A stretch of 63,936 bases of DNA, counting the filler, from Octopus bimaculoides (lineage: Eukaryota), in assembly GCF_001194135.2 (NCBI RefSeq). It is 6 parts of 6 records of this genome, joined end to end, with 100 filler letters (N's around TTAATTAATTAA, not from the genome) between each part and the next. Parts side by side here need not be neighbours in the genome. Positions count along the whole stretch, not along the records: positions 1 to 31,664 come from NC_068985.1; 5 more parts are not named here. The stretch is one strand, 5' to 3'. Shown one piece after another: positions 13,801-27,900 of this stretch. The position numbers and the translations under genes were made by a program. Numbering within the stretch: the stretch's first letter is position 1; each line of letters begins with the position of its first letter. The notes under the pieces are model-generated. The model saw only the letters and a program-made list of their open reading frames with translations, ran no database searches and had not been told where the DNA came from.

Positions 13801-14290
13801 TAAGAGTAAAAAGATGGGTAGATAATATATTAGTGCTGGTAGTGTCAAGAAAAATAATATATATCGCTTGAATTGTGTTCTGTTGATGGTGTTTACAGCA
13901 AGATCATACATTACCTAGTCTACCATAGGTAGATGGCTTCAAGACACAAGCAAATCAAATGGGAAATAGATTATTTCTAACTATTATTTGCTATATCTTT
14001 AAGATCATTGAATAATGTAAAGAAATGAAGTCCGAACACATTTATCCAAATTGATTTTTTTTTTCTGATTTTTTTTTTCCAGTATAATTGTGATATATAA
14101 CCAAATTTGATAAAAAAATCGATTTCAAAATACAGTAAAGACCTAACTTTTGTAGGTATACGTGTACGTATCTGTGAATATCAATTTATATAAATTTATT
14201 TGCGTCTGTAAATATATTGTATTGTGCGCCTGTGTATAGGAACGCATATTCGTGCCTGTATGTATGAGTATGTATGTATATATATGTGTG

Positions 14291-14322
<32 letters not shown>

Positions 14323-14554
14323 CATACACGCAGATAAGTGTAACTCTATATGAAACTGCGCATACAGACTCTCTCACACACACATATATAATGCGTATAT
14401 ACACGTATGCACTTACTAGCATATCCATTGCTTAGAATTACTCACGTCCTCCCGCATTGAGTGATGCGCATAAGCCAGCATGTATGTAATTATGCGTGCG
14501 CGTATTTCTGCTTTATATGTGTGCGCATCCATCTATCCATCCATTAATCCATCC

Positions 14555-14592
<38 letters not shown>

Positions 14593-15275
14593 TCATCTGT
14601 GTGTGTATGTATATACATAAATATATATATATATATATATGTGTGTGTATATATCTGNNNNNNNNNNNNNNNNNNNNNNNNNNNNNNNNNNNNNNNNNNN
14701 NNNNNNNNNNNNNNNNNNNNNNNNNNNNNNNNNNNNNNNNNNNNNNNNNNNNNNNNNNNNNNNNNNNNNNNNNNNNNNNNNNNNNNNNNNNNNNNNNNNN
14801 NNNNNNNNNNNNNNNNNNNNNNNNNNNNNNNNNNNNNNNNNNNNNNNNNNNNNNNNNNNNNNNNNNNNNNNNNNNNNNNNNNNNNNNNNNNNNNNNNNNN
14901 NNNNNNNNNNNNNNNNNNNNNNNNNNNNNNNNNNNNNNNNNNNNNNNNNNNNNNNNNNNNNNNNNNNNNNNNNNNNNNNNNNNNNNNNNNNNNNNNNNNN
15001 NNNNNNNNNNNNNNNNNNNNNNNNNNNNNNNNNNNNNNNNNNNNNNNNNNNNNNNNNNNNNNNNNNNNNNNNNNNNNNNNNNNNNNNNNNNNNNNNNNNN
15101 NNNNNNNNNNNNNNNNNNNNNNNNNNNNATATACATATATATATATATACATATACATACATATATTTATATATATATATATATATACATACATATACAT
15201 ATATATACATATATATATATATAGAAGCACATAATCACCTATATATATATATATATATATAAGCACATAATCACC

Positions 15276-15313
<38 letters not shown>

Positions 15314-15434
15314 TCAATTTGCATATGTAGATACCAAGAGTGTGTTGGCGAATGCGTCTATATTATGCTTTATGTCTGCAAAAGCGTGTGTTTGTACGAA
15401 TATAAGGTTATGTACGTGAATAAACTTATAATAC

Positions 15435-15535
15435 GATTGGAGATATCAGCCCGTGAAAATTCACATAGTTAATATGGTCTGCTTGTCAAATTAAAACCAA
15501 TCAGTGTCCAGTCTGTTTATTGGTTGCTACGGAAG
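15435..15535. promoter_or_regulatory. Candidate promoter: three CCAAT boxes plus an RFX-like half site
   Basis: GATTGG 15435, CCAATC 15497, ATTGG 15519 overlapping GTTGCTACGG 15523, all in unique sequence. Confidence 0.3.
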
Positions 15536-16059
15536 AAAATAAACCCATCATTAGTTTAGTGAATGGTTGAACATCAGTTGAAAAATAAGTTAATATTTAT
15601 TGATTTGTCTTATTTTTATAGTTGTCTTCCTACAATATAATCTCATTCGTTGTTCATTATTTTTTACAATTGACTAGTGGTCTGTATTGTGTACGAAGCT
15701 GTAATCTCCTGGTTGGTGTGTAGATCGACTATGAGCCAGTTTCGCCTCAGGATGAATCGAATTCACAGTCAAATTATGATTATCAATAAACAATGCGGAG
15801 AATATGCAGGACGGTTTGCTTAGGACAGAATATCATGCGATATTTATTCAAACTCTCTGCACCTTTAAGCTTTTCAGTACGTAGAAGTCAAGTTTGCCTT
15901 TTTTACAAATTTGTTGCTCGAGAAAAACGTATCGATGAAGTCCTGAAACCTGTTGCCCTTTACGTTTTTTGATTTTTTTTTTTCACTTATTCACGTAATT
16001 GCTAAAACCGATTCAATAGCATCATTTAAAACTACACACCTTGAAAAGTAAGAGAAAGT

Positions 16060-16275
16060 TGGCTGTGAGGTTAAGACGCTCGTTTTGCAACAATGTGGTT
16101 TCGGGTTCTGCTCCATCGTGCAGCACCGTGAGCAAATGTCTTCTACTATAGCCTTGAACTATCACAATGCCATACCAGTGAATTTAGTAAACGGAGACTG
16201 TGCAGAAGCCTTTCATATCTGCATATATATATGCGTGTGTATGTGTGCGTGTGTATGTGTGCGTGTGTGCGTGTG

Positions 16276-16312
<37 letters not shown>

Positions 16313-16545
16313 ATATATATATGTGTATAGATGGGTATGTGTGTGTGTACTTGTATATGTATGTGTGCGTTTTTGTTTGCCTCCCACCGCTTGACAACCG
16401 CTTTTGGGTTTGTTTACATCCCCATAAATTAGCAATTCAGCAAAAGAGACTGATAGAATAAGTATCAGACATTAAAAATAAGTGTTGGGTTGGACATCTT
16501 CGACTAAGCACTTCAAGGCGGTACCCCAGCTTGGCCACAGTCTCA
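16060..16545 (+). mobile_element. SINE family A (diverged)
   Basis: tRNA-like head, internal TA/TG tract, 3' cttgacaacc...gatagaataagta...cttggccacagtc. Confidence 0.8.
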
Positions 16546-16574
16546 TCAGCGACAGAATACCTAATATCAAAACG

Positions 16575-16790
16575 TAGTCGATGAGATGCTTTTCAAGAGA
16601 TGGCATAGGTCTCATTCCCTATTAAAGTGGACTGCAGCGGCTTTCCATATCAGTTGGTACGTTATATCTTGCAGAAGATTGGATCTGAACCCAAACAACT
16701 AAAGATAGCCACAAAAGAGATTGTCAAAACGACTGAAACCAGTTCAAGAGATCATGTGGAAGGATTTCAGATATTGTGATGGATGCAGAA
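16575..16790 (+). mobile_element. Hero-like RLE retrotransposon C-terminal fragment
   Basis: FPIKVDCSGF..LVRYILQKIGSEPKQLKIATKEIVKTTETSSR parallels the (F)PIEVGCRGF...AAETSSRW end of RLE ORFs. Confidence 0.6.
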
Positions 16791-19700
16791 ACGCTTGCAT
16801 TACCGCTGTGTATCTCCTGCAACTTCTGTGTGGAGCAAAGCATCTACGATGTGCGTTTCACTTCCCATTTAGTTGGCACTATGCAATATTTTTTTTTCCA
16901 TCAGGGTAGGCTACTTGGCAATTGAGTTGATTGTTTTAGATTTAGATTGGCAATTAAGTGGCAGGAAATATTTAAAACAAAGCAGGTGGATTTAGCAATT
17001 GTGGCAGAACATGCAACCTTATAGACTCGTTCTCGTTTGTGTGTTGGTTTTTCGCACTAAGCTAGTTCTAATCAAATAGATATACGATCGAGGGTGATTG
17101 CAGTGTTGCCCACTTGCTTTTTCTTTCTCCATACATTGTGTACCTAAGACTTTATAACTTAACGTGTCCTTCCCATTGTAAAGCAGTATCATGAGATGTG
17201 AAATACATTTGGATTCTATAAAGTTGACTATTTCTGCTGCTTCTCTTACAGAAATGCATTTTCAGATTTAATGAATAAAGCAGTAGTTTATACGAAACAC
17301 ATTAATCCCCGAGTCCTGAGTTTTATGGACATAATTGTCTTCTTGTTTGAGATACAAATATTTATGTAAAATAATTGCTTACTGCTGTTAAATGATATTA
17401 TTATTATCGTAAGTCAGATGATAAACGTAAAATCACTTCTTTAATTTATGCAATAAATCTTAATTTAATGAGCATGATAATTATATAACTCAAACCTATA
17501 AATCTCGAAAAACGGTTAAAATGTATCTGACTTGCGTATTTCAGCACAATATAAACGATTTTTATTAAATGTATCTCAGCATATTGTATAAGCTACTAGG
17601 TTTAATATTAAATATATACACATACATATACAGACGTGCACACACAATTTCATAAATATCATAAATTCACTATATTTCTATTTCCTTTTATAATATTTCA
17701 TGGATTTTTCTTTATATTGTTGTATGTATTTACGTCTTTCAAGATTTTTAACTTATACACGTGTAATTCATATCAACATTAAATTGAAAATTATTGTAAA
17801 ACTTATTATTAACCATACGCACATTAAAATGATAAATCACAGAGTAAAGCAATTTTGAGAAAGCTATAGAAATGGATACATTAGAAAATATGTACATGTA
17901 GTCTTTAAACTATTTAATCGTTCAATACAAACAGACTACTTTGCTTATTTAAAATAGGACTCTATAATAGACAGAGTATGCTACGGCATCTAACTAGTCT
18001 TTATTTTTCAGTCTGGAAAGTATTAATAATGAACAGAAACTGATTAAAAGAAAATCTGAAACCTTTGCTCATGTATCTCGTTGGTTGGGGTGATCTCAAT
18101 CTGAAAAACACCGAATTAACTGGGGTTTTTTATGAAGGTTTATTTCTCTGTTACAAGGTAATACTAAATAACTCCCAAATTTCGCTCAACTATCTTAAAC
18201 ATGAAGTAATAGTGTATAATGCCTTTTAAGATATGGTGTATCTTAAAACTTTTACAGACGAGTAGTCACAGTTAGAATTCCTTTTTATCATCCGACTGCT
18301 TGATCAGAGCAGACTTGAGTCAACGCCACAAAAGCACAGACAATAAAATTTTATCTTGATGTTTTCTGAAAATTAGGTGCAAATCTAAATCGGAAGCAAT
18401 CAAACCAATTGACAAAGTTGTAGGTTGTAGAATGCAGAGTCCTATCGTCGATCCCAATCGAACTTCGAACTCAATCAGAATCAATAAAGGAGCTTCTACG
18501 AGTATTCTCTGTCTCTCGGAATTGGCAGCCATATCTTCTCAAATCACACTGTACTGCCTTAAAGAAACAACACATTCAGTAAGATACACAAAATATGCAA
18601 AAAGGAAAAGACTTCGCACCTGACACTCCTTTGATAATCTGTTTGCTAAAATGGAATAACTTGAAGCTAAACATTAGCAACAATAAAACTCCCAAATCCA
18701 CCATCCTCATTCGTCGAATCAAACTGGCACCAAGCCAAATATTTATTGTCAAATGAATAGAATGAAGTAAATTTATCGATCTTAGACTGTCAATGCACTC
18801 AAGCATACACATGATTCACACGTACAGAAACAGACATATATATATGAGGGTGGTGTGTGTGTAAGTGTGTGTAGGGTGTATATGAGGTGTGTGTGTGTCT
18901 GTGTGTGTATGTGTGTGAGCGTTCGTGTGCGTATGTGTGTCCGTGTGTGCATGTATACAGGACTAGCTTTATTATAGAAACATTATTGATGTAACATATT
19001 TAACGTGTTTGTTGTTCAAACGCCTAGGTNNNNNNNNNNNNNNNNNNNNNNNNNNNNNNNNNNNNNNNNNNNNNNNNNNNNNNNNNNNNNNNNNNNNNNN
19101 NNNNNNNNNNNNNNNNNNNNNNNNNNNNNNNNNNNNNNNNNNNNNNNNNNNNNNNNNNNNNNNNNNNNNNNNNNNNNNNNNNNNNNNNNNNNNNNNNNNN
19201 NNNNNNNNNNNNNNNNNNNNNNNNNNNNNNNNNNNNNNNNNNNNNNNNNNNNNNNNNNNNNNNNNNNNNNNNNNNNNNNNNNNNNNNNNNNNNNNNNNNN
19301 NNNNNNNNNNNNNNNNNNNNNNNNNNNNNNNNNNNNNNNNNNNNNNNNNNNNNNNNNNNNNNNNNNNNNNNNNNNNNNNNNNNNNNNNNNNNNNNNNNNN
19401 NNNNNNNNNNNNNNNNNNNNNNNNNNNNNNNNNNNNNNNNNNNNNNNNNNNNNNNNNNNNNNNNNNNNNNNNNNNNNNNNNNNNNNNNNNNNNNNNNNNN
19501 NNNNNNNNNNNNNNNNNNNNNNNNNNNNNNNNNNNNNNNNNNNNNNNNNNNNNNNNNNNNNNNNNNNNNNNNNNNNNNNNNNNNNNNNNNNNNNNNNNNN
19601 NNNNNNNNNNNNNNNNNNNNNNNNNNNNNNNNNNNNNNNNNNNNNNNNNNNNNNNNNNNNNNNNNNNNNNNNNNNNNNNNNNNNNNNNNNNNNNNNNNNN

Positions 19701-20440
19701 NNNNNNNNNNNNNNNNNNNNNNNNNNNNNNNNNNNNCAAACTGGCACCAAGCCAAATATTTATTGTCAAATGAATAGAATGAAGTAAAAGCAATATGAAT
19801 CTGGGCAACACTTCGCGAACAATCATGATAGACATTTTGAACTATAATGCAGTGAAATCATCCATAAGTTAATATTAAATGCATGAGGAATATATAATAT
19901 GTGTGTCTTGCAAGCTACTCGCACATGCAAGTGCTCCCAGTCGAGAACTCCGCATATCAGAAGCCAGCAAGTGTATGGGGTCATCAGGAGAGAATGTGCG
20001 CCGTTTCGGAGCCTACCGCTCGACGGCATCAATGCGCACCGACCCCACTCACTGATATGAGGCCCCGCTTGCTAGATCAACTGAGATGTGTTGACATATC
20101 ATACAACATAACGATTTAGTAGGAGTCTCTTACAAGAAAATTCATAGCTGGTATTGTTGTGATTAAATAATTCCCGATACTAATTTTAAAAAATGCAATT
20201 GTGTGTTTCTTATTAAGATATAATTTAAGTTAAAGATCTATAATACGTAACGAAAGGACCTAGACATTGCTATATATGCATACGTAGTTCTGTAAATTAA
20301 CGATCTATAGAGTAATTCTCTGGTTTTATAAAGTATAAGTTCAAGGCGCATTTTGGTCGATAGAAATGTGTAAGATGGTATCCTTGTATAGCGTATAATT
20401 ACATACTTAAACACACTCACCCACACCGATACAAACACAC

Positions 20441-20715
20441 TGGCTGTGTGGTAAGTAGCTTGCTTACCAACCACATGGTCCTGGGTTCAGTCCCACTGCG
20501 TGGCACCTTGGGCAAGTGTCTTCTACTATAGTTTCGGGCCGACCAAAGCCTTGTGAGTGGATTTGGTAGACGGGAACTGAAAGAAGCCCGTCGTATATGT
20601 TTATATATGTATATGTATGTGTGTGGATATGCTTGTGTTTCCGTGTGTCCCATCCAACATCGCTTGACAACCGACGTTGGTGTGTTTACGTCCCAGTAAA
20701 AGAGTACGATAGAAA
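20441..20715 (+). mobile_element. SINE family A, 3'-truncated
   Basis: High identity to the family A 5' and central parts. Confidence 0.9.
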
Positions 20716-20885
20716 AACTACTAAAAGAGTACGATAGAAAAAATACATATATACATACATGCATACACATATATGTATTCATATACATCACATAATCAGA
20801 TGAGTGTGTTTCTGTGCGCAGGCGTGTGTGTGTATGTGTGTGTGTGTATGTGTGTGCGCGTTTGTGTGTCTGTGTGTACTTGCAG

Positions 20886-21180
20886 GCATGGCCGTGTGGT
20901 TAAGAAGCTCCCTTTGCAACCCCGTACTTTCGAGTTCGGTTCAACATGCCCCGCGCTGTCCAATGTCGTGCAGGTGAAGATGTTAAATGGAAACTGTGCT
21001 GAAGGCCGTCATCAATATATGTGCGTATGCGTTTGGGTGTGTTTACCTGTGTGTCTGTATCTTTGTTCTCCATTCACCGCTTGACATCCGGTGTAATAAC
21101 GTTTACGTCCTCGTACTTTGTTCAATTAAAACTCTTCAAGGCGATACCACAGCATGGTCGCAGTAAAATAACTAAATGAC
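20886..21180 (+). mobile_element. SINE family A (old, diverged)
   Basis: ggccgtgtggttaag head...ctcttcaaggcgataccacagcatggtcgcagt tail. Confidence 0.6.
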
Positions 21181-22899
21181 GTGATATGTGAATATATATA
21201 CATATCCATATATATATANNNNNNNNNNNNNNNNNNNNNNNNNNNNNNNNNNNNNNNNNNNNNNNNNNNNNNNNNNNNNNNNNNNNNNNNNNNNNNNNNN
21301 NNNNNNNNNNNNNNNNNNNNNNNNNNNNNNNNNNNNNNNNNNNNNNNNNNNNNNNNNNNNNNNTATATGTACATACATATACATATATATATATATAAAT
21401 ATACAATACATACATATATATATATATATAATACATATGAACATACATATTCATATATACAAATATATATGCAATACATATACACACACGCACATATATA
21501 TATAATACATACGCACACAACACATACACACACACAACACACACACAGAGCCAGCAAGCAAAAGTAAGCTGAGATCAGTGCAGTAGAACGTATGAAGTAA
21601 GTGAATTTAATGATGTTCAGACGGTTGTACTGAGACCATCTCCAAAAAAAAGGAGAAGCAAGGTTGAAGGTCACATCAATTTGAAAACTATAATATCAAG
21701 TAAGAAAATTAAGATGTATGCTTGGTATAATAAATGGAAGAAATTTGGCCAAAACAATGAATCTTGTAAAAGATAGTACGAAAAATTAACCGGAAAAATT
21801 ATCCGTCGTTACCTGTCACATTATGGTTTCTCATGTTTAACATTTGTTACAAGGCGACGCTACAATGCAGTATCTAAAATTAATATCTCTAACACGAAAT
21901 ATTACATATAGTGTTCTATTTGAATTTCTTTTCTCACACATTTGATAACATCATATTATACATTGGGGAAATATGTTCAAGTTTTGGCAGACAACTTCGA
22001 TCTATCTCTGAAGTCATAGAACAATGGCGCACGTTTTAAATATCCATAAGTACATAGATGGGAAAATAATCGACAACTTCAATCTTAGCAGATTCCTTGC
22101 AAGTAAGTAGCTGAACACAGATCAAATCATAAACGTTCGATATTGAAAATTAGCTGAACCACCTTCCCTGAAATATGTAACACTGGTCGATAACCTTATG
22201 TCGCGAATCAAAATAAAAGAAGACTACCTTACTGAGAGTAGCCAATCTGCTAAAAATATTAGTTAAATCTTCCTCAAATTACAATCTGCTGCTTAAAAGT
22301 TTTAAGACACACGGTGTTTTGGTACGCGTAGCCAAAATGACCAAACTTTTTTTTCTTTTGAGATGCATCTACTGAAAGACCATATCTGATTAGCTATTAC
22401 ACTTCGAAACCAACACTTGTCCCATCGGGCCAATGGATCGGCCTCAAAGTTCTTTCAGTTTGTATCACTTGGGGCGATCAATCGGCCTGGGTGTCCCAAG
22501 AGGGTTAAGGAAAGAACATAATGCGGAAATATCTACAAAGTTGTTTAATCTTAGGTAAATCTAAAAAGGTAAGTTGGTCAGAACCACACCCATCTCCAAG
22601 AACACAAATAACTTATATAAATTTACTGAGCTCCTACACATTAACACAAGCGCTCTCCAAAACTGAGGTACCGAGACGTGAAAGCAGCAGGATTTGTTAT
22701 ACAAAACCATAATTTACACAGATAACAGTGTATGATCGCTTTCTTTACGATTAGCAAGCGCAATAACCTTTTCCATTCAATACAGTGAAATAATAAAAAA
22801 CAGGTACACTATATAAAATGAGCATTAATAATCTCATTAGAAACCCTAAACTGCGCTGAGTTACATCCTGCTAAAGGCGCCCACAGCGGAATAGAAACT

Positions 22900-23260
22900 A
22901 TGTAACTACTGCTGAGTCAGTGTTCTTGTATGGCAGCAAAACAAGAGCACTTGTCAAACAATCAAAGAAGAGGTTAAATGGATGCTGTGAATGGTACTGG
23001 ATGAAAAATTGAAAGAGCACGTGACTAATGAACATCTCTATTGCAACCTTTCAAAAGAGATCGAAAAGATCAGAGAATGGCATCGCCCCATATCAGGACA
23101 TTGCATACGGTGTCGGGTAGAAATAGAAACATCGAACTTGCTTTCTGAGATCCACAGTATGGTACTGGCAAGAAGGACACAGGAGTGGCAGAATGGCTTT
23201 GTTTTTAAAACCTGAATGAGAACCTGACCATAATAAGTAAAACATGCATCCAACCAAATA
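22900..23260 (+). mobile_element. RTE-clade LINE C-terminal fragment
   Basis: ESVFLYGSK..KRLNGC..KEHVTNEHLYCNLSK..KIRE..ISGHCIR matches RTE-type ESVLLYG / VTNEELYGNL / RLAGHC. Confidence 0.75.
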
Positions 23261-24479
23261 CCCAAAACACGTCCATTTCTAGTCACAATAAGGCAAAATA
23301 ATATCCAGTAGCATGTAATGCACTCTTCTGTCTACAATGGAGAATATAGTATTCCCTATAGAAGAATAGCATAAGCAAAACATTCTGTTGTAAATAGTTC
23401 ATATGATACGTATTCCTAACTTATCTAACTATATAACTTTCTCAAAATTGCTTTACATGATCAGAGAAAATGCAGCATTCTCAGACTGAGTAGAGACTAT
23501 GATCCCTAGGGCATTCTGTTTGCGTTTCACATCGTATAATTCCACCCAAACACTAATTGTTTGTTATAGCCTACTCGATCAAAACAGACCGGGTAATATT
23601 TATTGAGAGTTACCTCCATTATAAGTACGAGATAAAAGTAAAAGTTCTCGAGATAAAATGCCGGAAGTTCATTGTGTATTTACTGATTGTTTTCAAACCT
23701 TCGTATCATAAATGTTCTAGATGTTTATCAACGAAACAATTACAGTGACGTTAGATGCATTTATCTCACCATTATAGCAACAAGCCTACTACCAAGCCAT
23801 TTACTATTAAGTTTTCTATTGTTCAATAACAATTCCGAGCATATTTTATATCTCCTGTGTTATCGTTGTGTAGAAGTGACCTGAGTTTTCATTTGATTTT
23901 ATGATTTTCCTATTACCTTTTTGCACTGAATATTTACGTTCTCTGTTAATTCATGTTTGATCAATTTTGTGTACTGGGTAATATTTTTTCTAAGGTATAT
24001 GCCTACGTAACTTAAATACGTGCATATACATGTAAGTATGTATGTATGTATGTATGTATATACATATACATATATATATANNNNNNNNNNNNNNNNNNNN
24101 NNNNNNNNNNNNNNNNNNNNNNNNNNNNNNNNNNNNNNNNNNNNNNNNNNNNNNNNNNNNNNNNNNNNNNNNNNNNNNNNNNNNNNNNNNNNNNNNNNNN
24201 NNNNNNNNNNNNNNNNNNNNNNNNNNNNNNNNNNNNNNNNNNNNNNNNNNNNNNNNNNNNNNNNNNNNNNNNNNNNNNNNNNNNNNNNNNNNNNNNNNNN
24301 NNNNNNNNNNNNNNNNNNNNNNNNNNNNNNNNNNNNNNNNNNNNNNNNNNNNNNNNNNNNNNNNGGACAAAATCCAAAATTACAGGTAAAAACTCAATTA
24401 AAATCAATTTATAAAAAATTAAAATTAAATTGAGCTTTATAGATAATATATATATAAAATATATAGTTTAAGGAAAATT

Positions 24480-24520
<41 letters not shown>

Positions 24521-24602
24521 GGTATATATATATATATATATATATCTTAACTAAACTAACCATTGCAACTAAACTAACTATTGCTTAATCATCCTCTCAC
24601 AC

Positions 24603-24652
24603 CGTCTCCGATGAAATGATATAGTAAATATCCTGGAAACAGTTGTAAGACG
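24603..24652 (+). ncRNA. Minimal type I hammerhead ribozyme fold (partly degenerate)
   Basis: Stem I CGUCU/AGACG; core CCGAUGA; stem II GAUAU/AUAUC with mismatched base; GAAA; stem III ACA/UGU with 2-nt loop; cleavage triplet GUA. Confidence 0.65.
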
Positions 24653-24717
24653 TGCTATTTATAAATGTTCTCTATTATAAACAGACTTGGTCTTTTATCT
24701 CATTACGAAAAGTAAAT

Positions 24718-24756
<39 letters not shown>

Positions 24757-25733
24757 AATATATATATAGGTGGGGGTGTTGTAAAGTTCCTCGCTTGAAG
24801 GGTAACGCGAAAAGCCTGATTGGAAGCTAAACCTTCTGAGTTCTTTTGCAAGGCCGAGAAAAACTGAAGGACCACAGCAATGTGTGTGTGAGTCTGAAGA
24901 GGGAATATGTTAAATAAAATCATAATTAACTGATCCTCCTGTATTTTCTTTTACCCAAAACCAGGACAATTAAACCCTCACCTAGTATATCTAGATATAT
25001 ATACGTGGGTATGGTGTGTGTGTGTGTATGTGTGTGTGTGTTGCAGCAGAGACAACCGTCAGAAAAAAGGTATCCAAGAATTTACATTAAAGTAAGTCAT
25101 CGGCTAAATATTATATGGAAAGTCTAGCCCAGAAGTATGTGGACTTTTTAGTTTAAACCATCAAGTAGTTTTTAACATAATCAAGTGGTGGATGAAAGAA
25201 TTACTTAGTCCAGTGAAGAAATGATCATAGATTTATTTTCTGGAATGGTAAAGTCCTCAGAGGAATGTATACTCATTAAATATTAGCCGGAACTGAGAGA
25301 AAGGTTGCAAATTCTATAAATATGCCGCTATATTGCGTATGAACAGCTTTGAAAAACCTTGGATATAAATAAAGTGTTGGATATGAAGACAGTGTTGGAA
25401 GAAAGAAATCAATAATAGCAAAGCTAATAAGATAAAAAGGTTTAAGTTTTGAAACAAGGAACACAAGTATAGGTCGTGAATATTATTATCTGCAAATGTA
25501 AATTCTATCAATTTTCCAGTTCAAGACAAATGTATGTGATGCAATGAAATTGAAACAGGAGAGCTGGAATGTTTGGAAAGGAAAGCTAAATATAGAGAAG
25601 TTGGAGCTAAGGTGTAACGATGATTTGGAAGACAGATACGGAAGAACTCAGTGTTAGGCTAAGCCATTTAAATGAACCAAATATGACATCTATCTGGAAA
25701 GTGTCTACTGTCTGATTGTCTCCTTCCCTCCTT

Positions 25734-25777
<44 letters not shown>

Positions 25778-25927
25778 NNNNNNNNNNNNNNNNNNNNNNN
25801 NNNNNNNNNNNNNNNNNNNNNNNNNNNNNNNNNNNNNNNNNNNNNNNNNNNNNNNNNNNNNNNNNNNNNNNNNNNNNNNNNNNNNNNNNNNNNNNNNNNN
25901 NNNNNNNNNNNNNNNNNNNNNNNNNNN

Positions 25928-25974
<47 letters not shown>

Positions 25975-26139
25975 GCCTATTTGTCTGTTTGTCTACCTAT
26001 CTACCTATCTATCTATCTATCTGTATGTCTGCTTAACTATTTATCTCTCTACCTACTTACCTACCTACCTACCTACCTACCTACCAAACTACCTACTTAC
26101 CGACCGACCGACCGACCTACTTATCTATCTATCTATTCC

Positions 26140-26480
26140 AGTGTAGAGTCTAATGTGAAGGCCACTTTTTCCAAGAAGATCGATCCTTGAGTCATAAAAG
26201 AAATGTATCACAACGTTAGAGTGGATCTCACAAAATCGAAACTCTCAAATGGGTTGCGCAAAGTCACGATCTTAATCTAATTATACATATTTTAGAACAT
26301 CTTCAGAGAAAGCTTGCAAGCAAGATCACTGAAAATTACATGAACGATTACGAAGATTAAAGAAGCTGAATGAAGCTGAATGAAGCTGAATGAAGAGTAA
26401 ATAACCATGGATTTAATCAAACCTAAGCGTGATCGCGTGAAAGCTTTGATATTAATTAAAAGAGAACCCACAAAATATTG
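26140..26480 (+). mobile_element. Tc1 (DD34E) transposase C-terminal relic
   Basis: FFQED..; LKWVAQSHDLNLIIHILEHLQRKL approximates WPAQSPDLNPIEHLW. Confidence 0.7.
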
Positions 26481-26583
26481 AAACAAATTTCCATTCACTT
26501 TCGATAACATTTCATTGTTGTAACATATTTTAATTAATGTTGCATTATATTAACATGCATAGGCAGTTACCGTAGACCTCTCT

Positions 26584-26654
<71 letters not shown>

Positions 26655-27149
26655 CGCACATGCATGTAGGCATGCTTGTACATATATGTATGTGTGTGTA
26701 AGTGCGTAATATACAGTCTAATGATGACTTAGCTAGCTAAAACATCGAAGTCACTGTCAATATTATTATTATTAAATGATAATAAATTTGTACTTTACAA
26801 AAGTATGGAGTAAACCTTGAGATTAATGTAAAATTATTTTCATTATGACTGAACATAAAAAATAAACATTAATAATAGCAATACACCCATGTGGCTCGCT
26901 TGAACAATTGTGAAGACGTTTTTACATGAAACCATCGGTTACCTTATTAACCCACAAATAAAGAATATTTAACCACCAATGCGATGTTGAGCACTCATTC
27001 CCACTGTTTTATATTAGCGTGTATGCAGCGGGGTTGGACTACACTTGACAGCTTCCATAAAAGAAAAGAAAACACAATATTACATACAAAAATAAAGTAT
27101 TCTAAATGTTTAAAACACAATCATATAGATTAAGGCTGGAAGAAAACAT

Positions 27150-27900
27150 TTTACTCAAAGTAACTCCCTTCAGCTTTCACCAAAACCTCAACAGGGCTCC
27201 AAAACCTTTGAAGCTGCAAGTAGAGTGATTGATGTCTTTCTCAACTGCACCCCACACATAATAATCCAAGGGATGACAATCGGAGGAAATTAGAAGGTCG
27301 GAAATTGAGGCTTGTGAAGTCGTAGAAATTCTCCGACAACAACTTCCGGCTCTTTCCGGAATTATGGCAAAGAACCGAATCTTGGTGCCTTACATTTGGC
27401 CCTTCAGCAGTAATTCTCTCCAGCCAGAGTTTGAACACAGTCTCCAACAGCTTCACATTGCTGTCTCAAATGAGATAATGACCCAATTCATCAGTTGCTT
27501 GATGGAATTCGTGAAATTCGGTGTGCGGATGAATTCAGAATGTCTGCTGTGTCGCTTCCTACAGTCAACAGCTTCGTAGTTTTTGTCACATCCGCCCTTA
27601 TCACGTCTTCCAAACTTTACCGTGTAAAGTGAAGTTGGCATTTTGATACCCGGATGCAATAAGTTCTTCCCCAATATTCAGATGGCTTCCAGTTCTCCAT
27701 GCCATCTAACTTTTTCTCAGCAACAACTTTCCCCATTATGCTTTCCAATGACGTTTACTGTTACTGAAAAGAAGAGACGTAACATAAAAACATTTAGCCC
27801 GAACAAAGAAAGTGTAAGATTTTGAAACATAGTTACGGTGTTTGAATTGTATGCCGGAATATACAGAAATAATCTTATCTGAGTGTCAAAAATGTAGTTG
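27150..27900 (-). mobile_element. maT/DD37D-type Tc1-mariner transposase relic
   Basis: With frameshifts: VKLLETV.K.WLERI..., QDSVLCH, LSENFYDFTS, HPLDYYVWGAVEKDIN, ending ...FE*. Confidence 0.75.

Noticed and set aside
18300-18770. Possible decayed LTR-retrotransposon gag region
   Set aside because: All frames are interrupted and no diagnostic motif could be read.
19975-20020. Minus-strand GAAAC...CUGAUGA in a GC-richer patch
   Set aside because: No complementary stems are present. The origin of 19880-20110 remains unassigned.
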